Below are positions 10,376 through 19,076 of a stretch of 24,000 bases of DNA, piece after piece. The stretch is from assembly GCF_011745685.2 (NCBI RefSeq), contig NZ_JABUXO010000028.1. One strand, written 5' to 3'. The stretch is from Bacillus rugosus (GTDB taxonomy: Bacteria > Bacillota > Bacilli > Bacillales > Bacillaceae). Every line of letters begins with the position of its first letter. The first letter of the stretch is position 1. The notes under the pieces were generated by a model. It was not told the DNA's origin and did not search any database. It saw nothing but the letters and a program-made list of their open reading frames with translations. The translations under genes were made by a program, and so were the position numbers.

Positions 10376-11664
10376 AAAAAGTCGGTTTTTTTAATTTCTA
10401 CAAAACGGATATGATGATCTTCGGCATCGAGGATTTTAAATTCACACCCCTCCGCGTGTATTACATCTCCTGCTTTCAGCTCCATTTTTTGCGTCAGAAG
10501 CCAGCCTGCAATCGTATCAATTTCTTCGTTTTCAATCGCAATGTCAAATAGATCGTTTACTTCGTCTATTAACGCTTTTCCATCCATCACATAATGATGC
10601 TCGCCTTTTTTCAAAATATGAGGCGTTTCATCCTGGTCATATTCATCGCGGATTTCCCCGACGATTTCCTCGATAATATCCTCGACAGTGACAAGCCCCG
10701 CCGTTCCGCCGTATTCATCTACGAGAATGGCCATGTGAATCCGCTCCTTCTGCATGCGGATCAAAAGCTGCTGAACAGGGATGCTTTCAATAACTCTGAT
10801 GACGGGCCTCATGATCTGCTTCAGCTTAATCGGCTGTCCGAGAAAATAAGCTTTAAACATATCTTTGCTGTTGATGATCCCTAAAATATGATCTTTGTCT
10901 TCTTTAATGACAGGGTAACGTGTATACCGTTCATTTATGATGTGATGAATCGCCTCTTCTAACGACTGCTCCAGAGAGATGACCGCAATTTCTGTCCGCG
11001 GAATCATAATCTCTCTTGCTACCCGGTTGTCGAATTCAAAAATCTTATTTACATAGCGGAATTCTGACTGATTGATTTCTCCCTTTTCATAGCTTTCTGA
11101 AAGGATCAGCCTCAGTTCCTCCTCGCTAATGACAACCTCATGCTCCTTCACTGAATGAAAGCCAAATAATTTTACAAGAAAGCTTGCTGAGCCGTTCAAT
11201 GCTTTAATAAACGGATACGTGATTTTATAAAACCAGATCAGCGGCTTTGCAATCCATAAACTGACAGCTTCAGCCTTTTGAATGGAAACCGTTTTCGGGG
11301 CAAGCTCACCCATTACCACATGCAAAAAAGTGACGATGATAAATGCAATTACAAATGTGACAATGTGGTTAAACGGTTCCGGTATGCCTGTCGCTGTAAA
11401 TAAGGGATGAAGAATGCGTTCAAATGTCGGTTCACCAAGCCATCCAAGGCCGAGGGCTGTAATCGTAATCCCGAGCTGGCAGGCTGATAAATACTCGTCA
11501 AGATTGGAGATGATTTTATGTGCGGCAAGCGCCCGGCTGTCACCGCTTTCGATGAGCTGATTGATTTTTGAACCTCTGATTTTGACAATCGCAAATTCCG
11601 CTGCAACGAAAACAGCCGTAATGCCAATCAAAACAAAAATGGCGATCAATTGTAAAATAAGCAA
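10372..11664 (-). CDS. yugS: CNNM/CorC (HlyC-like) family membrane protein with CBS pair and transporter-associated domain
   Basis: 430 aa; DUF21-like N-terminus (AAEFAIVKIRGSKI...LGITITALGLGWLGEPTFE), CBS region REIMIPRTEIAVI..., C-terminal CorC domain. The start appears to be TTG (11664); exact start uncertain. Confidence 0.88.
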   Translation of the reverse strand: MLILQLIAIFVLIGITAVFVAAEFAIVKIRGSKINQLIESGDSRALAAHKIISNLDEYLSACQLGITITALGLGWLGEPTFERILHPLFTATGIPEPFNHIVTFVIAFIIVTFLHVVMGELAPKTVSIQKAEAVSLWIAKPLIWFYKITYPFIKALNGSASFLVKLFGFHSVKEHEVVISEEELRLILSESYEKGEINQSEFRYVNKIFEFDNRVAREIMIPRTEIAVISLEQSLEEAIHHIINERYTRYPVIKEDKDHILGIINSKDMFKAYFLGQPIKLKQIMRPVIRVIESIPVQQLLIRMQKERIHMAILVDEYGGTAGLVTVEDIIEEIVGEIRDEYDQDETPHILKKGEHHYVMDGKALIDEVNDLFDIAIENEEIDTIAGWLLTQKMELKAGDVIHAEGCEFKILDAEDHHIRFVEIKKTDFL

Positions 11665-11691
11665 AAAAAGCCCTTACCATAAATGGTAAGG
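11663..11691 (-). terminator. Terminator/attenuator-like hairpin between yugP and yugS
   Basis: Minus strand CCTTACCAT-TT-ATGGTAAGG-GCTTTTTTTG, directly abutting the yugS start. Confidence 0.6.
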
Positions 11692-11707
11692 GGCCACCTC
11701 CTTAACG

Positions 11708-12385
11708 TTAATTCTCATTACGACCGTTTAAGAAAATCATCACAAAGCGAAGAAGTTCAAAGAGGGAAACCAGGGCGGCAGCCACATACGTTAAGGCAGC
11801 GGCGCTCAGCACTTTATTTACCCCATTCTCTTCATTGTTCCGGATGAATCCTTCTGACACAATAATTTGCTTCGCGCGCGAACTTGCATTGAATTCGACA
11901 GGCAGTGTAATCAGCTGGAAAAAGACAGCGGCTGAAAATAGAATGATGCCAAGCCCGATCAAATTCAGGCTGCCGAGAAGCATACCTCCTAAGAAAAGCA
12001 TAGGAGCTATACCGGATGCAAAATTCACGACTGGGAAGATTTTATGTCTAAGCACAAGCGCACCATATGACTCCTGATGCTGCAAGGCATGTCCGACTTC
12101 ATGGGAAGCTACGGAGATGGCGGAAATTGAGCGGCCGTAATAGACCGGCTCAGATAAACGCACCACCCGTCTTGTCGGGTCGTAATGGTCTGTTAAAGTG
12201 CCTCTTACCGGTTCGACCGGCACGTCGTAAAGACCGTTTATATCTAAAATCCGTCTTGCCGTTTCTGCCCCTGTACGTCCGCTTGAGGCTTCCACTTTTG
12301 AATATTTTTCAAAGTTGCTCTTCACTTTAAATTGTGCCCAAAACGACAATCCCAATGCGGCTATTGTTAAAAATATAAACAGCAT
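11708..12385 (-). CDS. yugP: Neutral zinc metallopeptidase, integral membrane (peptidase YugP family)
   Basis: 225 aa; zinc-binding HEVGH motif in ISVASHEVGHALQHQESYGAL, plus several TM segments. Confidence 0.92.
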   Translation of the reverse strand: MLFIFLTIAALGLSFWAQFKVKSNFEKYSKVEASSGRTGAETARRILDINGLYDVPVEPVRGTLTDHYDPTRRVVRLSEPVYYGRSISAISVASHEVGHALQHQESYGALVLRHKIFPVVNFASGIAPMLFLGGMLLGSLNLIGLGIILFSAAVFFQLITLPVEFNASSRAKQIIVSEGFIRNNEENGVNKVLSAAALTYVAAALVSLFELLRFVMIFLNGRNEN

Positions 12386-12429
12386 TTTTCATCATCCTTT
12401 TTCCAAGATCAAATCTTTCTTTATTACAA

Positions 12430-12693
12430 TTATTTTAATGAGTTTTCTTTCTCCTGTACAGAAAAGCGCTTCTTCTTCCGGCTCGGAGCACACATTCCAA
12501 TCAGCAGAAAGAGCAGTCCTGCTGAAAACAAATAAAAGGCAAAGCTGCCGACCAGCTCTTTCAGAAAGCGAAGCCAGGAAAAGCTGCCGGAAAAGTGATT
12601 ATATGAATTCAAATCGAAAATAAACAAAATCACCGCGGATGCTGCCAGCTGCGTACCGATCAAAACCACGATCGTTCTTTGAATGATCGTCAT
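12430..12693 (-). CDS. Small hypothetical membrane protein (~87 aa, two predicted TM segments)
   Basis: MTIIQRTIVVLIGTQLAASAVILFIFDLNSYNHFSG...FAFYLFSAGLLFLLIGMCAPSRKKKRF; start ATG in the gap before mstX. Confidence 0.65.
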   Translation of the reverse strand: MTIIQRTIVVLIGTQLAASAVILFIFDLNSYNHFSGSFSWLRFLKELVGSFAFYLFSAGLLFLLIGMCAPSRKKKRFSVQEKENSLK

Positions 12694-12816
12694 CTGTTTT
12701 CATCCTTTTTGTTTTAGTTTATGGAGAAATCCGTTTTATATGTTTTGTTCATTTTTTGATAAACATCACCGGAAGTGGGACATACTGTTAAAAAAAGCAC
12801 GGGTGTGATGGAAGCC

Positions 12817-13071
12817 ATGAAAGTGACGAGTGAGGAAAGGGAACAGCTGAGCACAGCAATCGACCGAATGAATGAAGGTCTGGACGCATTTATTCAGCTT
12901 TATAATGAATCGGAAATCGATGAGCCGCTTATTCAGCTTGATGATGATACCGCCGATTTAATGAAGCAGGCTCGAGATATGTACGGCCAGGAAAAGCTAA
13001 ACGAGAAATTAAATACGATTATTAAACAGATTTTATCCATCTCATTATCTGAAGAAGGAGAAAAAGAATGA
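12817..13071 (+). CDS. mstX: Mistic, membrane-associated protein upstream of the YugO channel (84-aa short form; alternative starts at 12808 ATG or 12775 GTG)
   Basis: MKVTSEEREQLSTAIDRMNEGLDAFIQLYNESEIDEPLIQLDDDTADLMKQARDMYGQEKLNEKLNTIIKQILSISLSEEGEKE, recognised as Mistic without its N-terminal helix. Four-nt overlap with yugO. Confidence 0.85.
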   Translation: MKVTSEEREQLSTAIDRMNEGLDAFIQLYNESEIDEPLIQLDDDTADLMKQARDMYGQEKLNEKLNTIIKQILSISLSEEGEKE

Positions 13072-14051
13072 AATCAAATCGGATATTTATTTCATGGCTC
13101 AGGTGGCCGTTATTTATCCGAATCGGGGTTATTATTTTATTTCTGATTCTTTTGTTTGGCCAAATCATTTATATTCTTGAGCCGAAGCAGTTCACTTCAG
13201 TGTTTGAGGGCATTTGGTGGGCTGTCGTTACGGTTTCGACTGTTGGCTACGGAGATTATGTGCCGCACACGCCGCTGGGACAGGCGGCTGGAATATTGCT
13301 GATTTTGAGCGGAGCAAGCTTTGTTACTGCATATTTCGCCACTTTATCAGCGGCCGCATTCAGCAGACAGCACCGTTACATCGAAGGAAAGGTCGCTTAC
13401 AAAGGGCGCGGCCACATTATATTGATCGGGTGGAATGAAAAAACAAACCGGCTGCTGAAGGACTTGCAGCTTGCGGCCCCTTCCAAGACGGTTGTATTGA
13501 TTGATGAATCCTTAAAACAAGGCCCGCTTATCGAAAACGTCCATTTTATACGCGGGCACGCTGCCGAAGATGAGACACTGAAACGGGCCAATATTACTGA
13601 AGCGGAATCAGTGATGATTACAGCCGACCAGTATAAAAGTGAAGCTGAAGCAGATATGCTGTCAGTGCTGATTCTTTTATCAGTTAAAGGGCTTAATCCC
13701 CTTGCTTACTGCATCGTCGAGATTTTGACTGACCGGTTTGTCACCAATGCGGAGCGGGCAGGCGCTAATCAAATCATCGGTACTTCAGAATTTATCAGCC
13801 GGGCGATGCTGCAGCATTACCAAATCAAAGTACGGCCGTCTAAGCAGAACGAAATCAATCTGACACTTGATCAGCATGTGAAGCTTCTTCCTGTTCCTGA
13901 TAATCTAAGGGGAGCCGCTTACAAAACGTGTGTCCTCTATTTTCTTGATCACAACACAACAATTATCGGCGTACAAAAAGAGGAAGGGCCGATGATTTCC
14001 CCTCCTCTAACATACAAGGTGCTCGAAACAGATCAATTCCTTGCGATCTAA
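13068..14051 (+). CDS. yugO: Potassium channel with RCK/TrkA-N domain
   Basis: 327 aa; selectivity filter TVSTVGYGDY between two TM helices, then Rossmann-like GRGHIILIGWNEKTNRLLKDL. ATGA overlap with mstX. Confidence 0.95.
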   Translation: MKSNRIFISWLRWPLFIRIGVIILFLILLFGQIIYILEPKQFTSVFEGIWWAVVTVSTVGYGDYVPHTPLGQAAGILLILSGASFVTAYFATLSAAAFSRQHRYIEGKVAYKGRGHIILIGWNEKTNRLLKDLQLAAPSKTVVLIDESLKQGPLIENVHFIRGHAAEDETLKRANITEAESVMITADQYKSEAEADMLSVLILLSVKGLNPLAYCIVEILTDRFVTNAERAGANQIIGTSEFISRAMLQHYQIKVRPSKQNEINLTLDQHVKLLPVPDNLRGAAYKTCVLYFLDHNTTIIGVQKEEGPMISPPLTYKVLETDQFLAI

Positions 14052-14452
14052 TGCAGCAGAACATCCTCCAATTCTTTCACAAGGGAGGCGCCGATATCCA
14101 AATACGCCGGATCAATTTCCGCGTCGCGCCTTTCCGGCTCGGAAAATTGATTAAACAGCGATTGGAACGGCCCTCCCTCGGCATAGTCGTCAAGGTCCGC
14201 CTGAAACACCTGCCTCAGCATAAACGGCGTTCCGATCCGGACGGCCGCCCCTCGTTCATCGAGACTGCCCTGAACCGCATTGACTGGAATCCTTAAAAAC
14301 AAATAGCCATTTGTATCATCAATTTTATAATCAAAGTAGCCGTGATCGTATTCCCAGCCGCCGTTTATCACATAACCGAGCGGCTTCATGACTTGTTCCA
14401 ATTCTTGAAGCAGAAAAGACTGTCCATCTATCGCGGAAGGTATTGTAATCAT
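14048..14452 (-). CDS. yugN: YugN-like family protein (134 aa)
   Basis: ORF MITIPSAIDGQSFLLQELEQVMKPLGYVINGGWEYDHGYFDYKID...; ATG at 14452, SD AAAGGGG. Its position next to yugO and yugM is consistent. Confidence 0.85.
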   Translation of the reverse strand: MITIPSAIDGQSFLLQELEQVMKPLGYVINGGWEYDHGYFDYKIDDTNGYLFLRIPVNAVQGSLDERGAAVRIGTPFMLRQVFQADLDDYAEGGPFQSLFNQFSEPERRDAEIDPAYLDIGASLVKELEDVLLH

Positions 14453-14512
14453 CAAAAATGCCCCTTTTTCACTTATCCTGTCCTGCCGAACAAGACTTCA
14501 TTCAGAGGCGAA

Positions 14513-14884
14513 CTACATGGAAATCGTTGTTTCTTTCGTGTGGCCAGCAGAAAAGAAAGCGCATTCAATTAAAAAGTAAACAGCCATTGCCGCAGCAAGC
14601 CCTACAGCCGATTCCCATGAGATATAAACAACTGCGGCATAGAGTCCTAATTTAGTGAAAAGAGCATGAGATCTTTTTAAATTCATCATCCGGTGTACCG
14701 CATCGGTAAAAAGCGCAAGCGGCAAACCAATAAGAAGAAAGGCGTGGATAAAAAAGTGTGATAGCGTGCCGCCAAAGCTTGAAGAAAACTCTGTATACAC
14801 GGCATCAAAGGAGACAAGGATACTTAGAACAACCGCAGAGAAACCGGCAATGATGAGATGTTTAACCATTTGTTTCATGAACAT
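14513..14884 (-). CDS. yugM: Membrane protein YugM
   Basis: Likely start MFMKQMVKHLIIAGFSAVVLSILV... with SD AAAGGTG. The N-terminal extension in the track (to 15010) would run through the pgi terminator and is not credible. Confidence 0.8.
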   Translation of the reverse strand: MFMKQMVKHLIIAGFSAVVLSILVSFDAVYTEFSSSFGGTLSHFFIHAFLLIGLPLALFTDAVHRMMNLKRSHALFTKLGLYAAVVYISWESAVGLAAAMAVYFLIECAFFSAGHTKETTISM

Positions 14885-14905
14885 CAGCACCTTTCTGATT
14901 TTATA

Positions 14906-14937
14906 AAAAGCCGACCGGCAAATGCCAGTCAGCTTTT
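14906..14937 (-). terminator. Terminator of pgi
   Basis: Minus strand AAAAGCTGACTGGCA-TT-TGCCGGTCGGCTTTTT, ~15-bp stem with two G-U pairs, just after the pgi stop. Confidence 0.8.
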
Positions 14938-14942
14938 CCACA

Positions 14943-16295
14943 TTAATCTTCCAGACGTTTTTCAAGCTCTGCTTTTTTCTCTTCAAAGCCAGGTTTGCCA
15001 AGCAATGCAAACATATTGACTTTATATGCCTCTACTCCAGGCTGGTCAAACGGATTGACGCCAAGGAGATAACCGCTCATCGCACAGGCTTTTTCGAAGA
15101 AGTATACAAGGTATCCAAAAGTATATGCATTCAGCTCAGGAATGTTGACGATTAAGTTCGGAACATTTCCGTCTGTATGAGCAAGCATCGTGCCTTGGAA
15201 CGCTTTCTTGTTAACGAAATCTATCGTTTTTCCAGCTAAATAATTTAAGCCGTCAAGATCGTTATCCGCTTCTTCGATTGTCAGCTCATGTTTAGGTTTC
15301 TCTACATTCAGTACTGTTTCGAATAAATCTCTGCGGCCTTCCTGTACATACTGGCCTAATGAATGAAGGTCTGTTGAATAGTTAGCTGAAGAAGGATAAA
15401 TGCCCTTCTCATCCTTCCCTTCACTTTCTCCGAACAGCTGCTTCCACCATTCTGCAAAGTATTGAAGCGCCGGTTCGTAGTTGATGAGCATTTCAATTGT
15501 TTTGCCTTTATTATAAAGCACATTTCGTACGACCGCATATTGGTATGCAGGGTTTTCCTCCAATTCAGATGTTGCAAAATCTTTGCTCGCATCCAGTGCG
15601 CCTTTCATCATGTCGTCAATGTTGACGCCGCTGACAGCAATCGGCAAGAGGCCTACAGCTGTTAATACAGAATAACGGCCGCCGACGTCATCAGGAATGA
15701 CAAATGATTCAAAGCCTTCTTCGTTAGATAGCGTTTTTAATGCGCCGCGCTCCTTATCAGTTGTCGCATAAATCCGCGCTTTCGCTTCTTCTTTGCCGTA
15801 TTTCTCTTCAAGAAGCTTGCGGAAAATGCGGAAAGCGATTGCAGGTTCAGTTGTCGTACCTGATTTAGAAATCACATTAATAGAGAAGTCAACATCTTCA
15901 AGAAGATCCATGACATCTCTCATATAAGATGAACTGATGTTGTTTCCGATGAAAATCACTTGCGGATTGCCGCGTTTTGCTTTTGGCAAAGTGTTGTAAA
16001 ACGCGTGATTAAGCGCTTCAATCGCAGCCCGCGCCCCAAGGTAAGAACCGCCGATGCCGACAACAAGCAATACATCAGAGTCAGATTTGATTTTTTCCGC
16101 GCTTTTTTTAATGCGCGCGAATTCTTCTTTATCATAATGTTCAGGGAGGTCCACCCAGCCTAGAAAATCGCTGCCAGCGCCTGTTTTTTCATGAATATTA
16201 TGGTGTGCTGTTTTTACAAAGTCCCGCAGGTATGTAAGTTCATGTTCGTTGAAGAAAGTCAACGCTTTTGAGTAGTCAAAGCGTACATGCGTCAT
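14943..16295 (-). CDS. pgi: Glucose-6-phosphate isomerase
   Basis: 450 aa from [15 protein letters not shown]... (SD GGAGGG at proper distance); PGI motifs [44 protein letters not shown]. The track start at 16310 is probably not used. Confidence 0.96.
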   Translation of the reverse strand: MTHVRFDYSKALTFFNEHELTYLRDFVKTAHHNIHEKTGAGSDFLGWVDLPEHYDKEEFARIKKSAEKIKSDSDVLLVVGIGGSYLGARAAIEALNHAFYNTLPKAKRGNPQVIFIGNNISSSYMRDVMDLLEDVDFSINVISKSGTTTEPAIAFRIFRKLLEEKYGKEEAKARIYATTDKERGALKTLSNEEGFESFVIPDDVGGRYSVLTAVGLLPIAVSGVNIDDMMKGALDASKDFATSELEENPAYQYAVVRNVLYNKGKTIEMLINYEPALQYFAEWWKQLFGESEGKDEKGIYPSSANYSTDLHSLGQYVQEGRRDLFETVLNVEKPKHELTIEEADNDLDGLNYLAGKTIDFVNKKAFQGTMLAHTDGNVPNLIVNIPELNAYTFGYLVYFFEKACAMSGYLLGVNPFDQPGVEAYKVNMFALLGKPGFEEKKAELEKRLED

Positions 16296-16338
16296 TGCTT
16301 GTCCCTCCATAACGGTATAATGTTTTCCTCTTTCACTT

Positions 16339-16368
16339 TATATGAACTTATCTGTGAAATCAAGTCAA
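16339..16368 (-). promoter_or_regulatory. Candidate sigma-A promoter for pgi
   Basis: TTGACT-N18-CATATA on the minus strand, ~45 nt upstream of the start. Confidence 0.4.
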
Positions 16369-16375
16369 GAAGAAA

Positions 16376-16399
16376 GGGCGGAATGACTGGATTCCGCCC
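16376..16399 (-). terminator. Terminator of yugK
   Basis: Minus strand GGGCGGAAT-CCAGTC-ATTCCGCCC-TTTCTTCTT. Confidence 0.8.
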
Positions 16400-16406
16400 T
16401 CTGGGT

Positions 16407-17579
16407 TTATAGAGACGCGCGAAGGATGGCGAGCACGTCATCTTTGTTCAGTTTTTGGAAGTTGCCGAAGCCGCCGTGTTCCATTTCTTTTGCTGCGATA
16501 TCAGCAATCAGCTCAAGCTTTTCTTCTCCGATATTGTAATCGGCAAGACGGGAAGGCGCGCCGAGGCTTGTCCAGAATGCAGACAGCTTGTCGATGCCTT
16601 CAAGCGCAATTTCTTTATCTGTTTTGCCTTCAGGATCAATGTCAAACATGTTGAGCATGAGGTTTTTAAAGCGGCCGACATTTGTATCAAGCGTGTATCT
16701 CATCCAGTTCGGAAATAGAATCGCAAGTCCGCCCGCATGCGGAATATCATACACAGCTGAAACAGCGTGTTCCATTGTATGAGAAGCCCAGTCGCCAAAG
16801 TAGCCCATTTGGAGCGTTCCGTTTAAAGCGATTGTGCCTGCATACAAAATCGTTTCACGGTGCTCGTAGTTTTCCAGATCTTCAAGAAGCTTAGGAGCTG
16901 TTTCGATGACCGTCTGAAGAACCGCAAAGCACATTCTGTCCTGAAGCGGCGTGTTTTTAACATTATGGAAGTATTGTTCAAATACGTGGCTCATCATGTC
17001 AACCATGCCGTATACTGTTTGGTTTTCTGGGACAGTGAATGTATTTTCAGGATCTAAGATAGAGAAACGCGGATGAGTCACATTGCTGCCCCAAACATAT
17101 TTCTCGTTTGTTTCCCAGTTTGTAATCACGGAATCAGGATTCATTTCAGAACCTGTCGCAGCAAGGGTTAAAACAGTTCCGAACGGCAGCGCACTTTCTG
17201 CTGTTACTTTTTTGCTGAAAATATCCCAAGCGTCGCCGTCGTATTTTACTCCGGCAGCAATCGCTTTTGTGCAGTCGATGACACTTCCCCCTCCGACAGC
17301 AAGCAGAAAATCAATGTCATGCTCTCTGCATAGGGCTATGCCTTTTTCAACTGTCGCAAGACGCGGGTTCGGCTCTACACCTGACAGCTCATGAACAACA
17401 GCGCCTTCTTCTTTTAAAATGCCTGTAACTTGATCATAGAGGCCGTTGCGTTTAATGCTGCCGCCGCCGTAGACAAGCAGCACATTCTTGCCGTATTGTT
17501 TTAATTCTTTTCTTAATTGTTCAATCTGACCTTTTCCGAAGATCAGCCTCGTCGGATTATAATAAGTGAAATTTTCCAT
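16407..17579 (-). CDS. yugK: Iron-dependent alcohol dehydrogenase, butanol dehydrogenase-like
   Basis: 390 aa; [15 protein letters not shown] and [11 protein letters not shown] motifs. SD GGAGG. Confidence 0.93.
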   Translation of the reverse strand: MENFTYYNPTRLIFGKGQIEQLRKELKQYGKNVLLVYGGGSIKRNGLYDQVTGILKEEGAVVHELSGVEPNPRLATVEKGIALCREHDIDFLLAVGGGSVIDCTKAIAAGVKYDGDAWDIFSKKVTAESALPFGTVLTLAATGSEMNPDSVITNWETNEKYVWGSNVTHPRFSILDPENTFTVPENQTVYGMVDMMSHVFEQYFHNVKNTPLQDRMCFAVLQTVIETAPKLLEDLENYEHRETILYAGTIALNGTLQMGYFGDWASHTMEHAVSAVYDIPHAGGLAILFPNWMRYTLDTNVGRFKNLMLNMFDIDPEGKTDKEIALEGIDKLSAFWTSLGAPSRLADYNIGEEKLELIADIAAKEMEHGGFGNFQKLNKDDVLAILRASL

Positions 17580-17650
17580 TGTAAAACCTCCAAAATGATG
17601 CTGGTAAAAAACAGATTTTCCATTGTAACATAAGTAGACAAAAAGAAAAA

Positions 17651-17676
17651 GGGAAGCAGCCTAACGGCTGTTTCCC
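17651..17676. terminator. Terminator of yugJ
   Basis: GGGAAGCAGCC-TAAC-GGCTGTTTCCC flanked by A/T tracts on both sides. Confidence 0.8.
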
Positions 17677-17682
17677 CTTTTT

Positions 17683-18846
17683 TTATAGAGATGCTTTTAA
17701 AATGGCAAGCACATCTTCTTTGTTAAGCGATTTAAATTGGCCGAATGTACCGTTAGCCATAGCCTTGTCAGCAATTGTATCAAGCTGCTCATCATTGATA
17801 TCATAATCAGCAAGACGGTTCGGAGCGCCAAGGCTTGTCCAGAATGCAGACAGCTTATCGATACCTTCAAGTGCGATTTCTTCATCGGTTTTACCTGCTT
17901 CTTCAACGCCAAACACGCGAACTGCAAGCTGTTTCATGCGGGCAGGGTTTTCAGACAATGTGTGTCTCATCCAGTTCGGGAACAGAATCGCCAGTCCGCC
18001 GGCATGCGGAATGTCATAAACGGCTGATACTGCATGTTCAATATTATGAGTTGCCCAATCCCCTCTTGCACCCATAGAAAGCATGCCGTTTAATGCAATT
18101 GTTCCTGTGTATAGGATCGTCTCACGCAATTCGTAATTTTCGAGATCATCGATCAGCTTAGGTGCTGTTTCAATGACTGTGCGCAGAAGTGATTCACACA
18201 TACGGTCCTGATACGGCGTGTTTGATACATGATGGAAGTATTGTTCGAATACGTGGCTCATCATGTCAACCATACCGTAGATCGTGTGATTTTTAGGAAC
18301 GGTGAACGTATTCACCGGATCAAGAATAGAAAATTTAGGGAATACGAGCGGGCTGCCCCAGCCGTATTTTTCTTTTGTTTCCCAGTTTGTAATCACCGAG
18401 CCTGAGTTCATTTCAGAACCAGTTGCAGCGAGAGTCAGTACAGTTCCGAATGGCAAAGCATCCTTCGGCTGATGTTTTTTCGTGACGATATCCCACGCAT
18501 CACCATCATACTTCGCTCCTGCGGCAATCGCTTTTGTACAGTCGATTACACTTCCGCCTCCGACAGCCAGCAAGAAATCAATGTTGTGTTCTTTGCAGAT
18601 GGCAACACCTTTATTAACAGTCGACACACGCGGATTCGGTTCTACACCTGCTAATTCATGCACGGTCACTCCGGCTTTATTTAGCTGTTCTATCACTTGA
18701 TCATACAGACCGCTGCGTTTAATACTTCCGCCTCCGTAGATAAGCAATACGTTTTTCCCGTAAGGTTTGAGTTCCTCCGGAAGTCTTTCCACTTCTCCGC
18801 GCCCGAAAATTAATTTGGTCGGATTCCAGTATGTAAAGTTTTGCAT
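17683..18846 (-). CDS. yugJ: Iron-dependent alcohol dehydrogenase, butanol dehydrogenase-like (paralogue of yugK)
   Basis: 387 aa [26 protein letters not shown]...; highly similar to yugK throughout. SD AAGGAGGAG. Confidence 0.93.
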   Translation of the reverse strand: MQNFTYWNPTKLIFGRGEVERLPEELKPYGKNVLLIYGGGSIKRSGLYDQVIEQLNKAGVTVHELAGVEPNPRVSTVNKGVAICKEHNIDFLLAVGGGSVIDCTKAIAAGAKYDGDAWDIVTKKHQPKDALPFGTVLTLAATGSEMNSGSVITNWETKEKYGWGSPLVFPKFSILDPVNTFTVPKNHTIYGMVDMMSHVFEQYFHHVSNTPYQDRMCESLLRTVIETAPKLIDDLENYELRETILYTGTIALNGMLSMGARGDWATHNIEHAVSAVYDIPHAGGLAILFPNWMRHTLSENPARMKQLAVRVFGVEEAGKTDEEIALEGIDKLSAFWTSLGAPNRLADYDINDEQLDTIADKAMANGTFGQFKSLNKEDVLAILKASL

Positions 18847-18869
18847 GACATCTCCTCCTTAGATTTTTT

Positions 18870-18899
18870 ATTATGCAGAATGTCCTCACTACATGTAAA
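18870..18899 (-). promoter_or_regulatory. Candidate sigma-A promoter for yugJ
   Basis: TTTACA-N18-CATAAT on the minus strand. Confidence 0.45.
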
Positions 18900-19011
18900 G
18901 CAATCAGCTCTCGCCGGTCAACATATCGCATGGTTTTATATGGCAAGATGCTGGGAAAGAAACTGATATAGGTGAGGGCAGACAAGTTTCCCTCAATATG
19001 GAGAATGCATG

Positions 19012-19041
19012 TATAGATTCTCCAATATGTCACAATCTATA
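19012..19041 (+). repeat. Perfect inverted repeat TATAGATT-N14-AATCTATA upstream of yuzA
   Basis: Read directly: tatagatt at 19012-19019 and aatctata at 19034-19041. Confidence 0.8.
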
Positions 19042-19076
19042 ACTGTTTTAATAATTCATGGAGGAGGTTGCAAAAC

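Noticed and set aside
14513-15010. 165-aa version of yugM
   Set aside because: The first 42 codons are the end of pgi and its terminator read out of frame; the real start is near 14884 or 14878.
18719-19033. 104-aa minus-strand ORF upstream of yugJ
   Set aside because: Overlaps the yugJ 5' end and promoter in another frame; Arg/Lys-rich, low-complexity composition, no SD.
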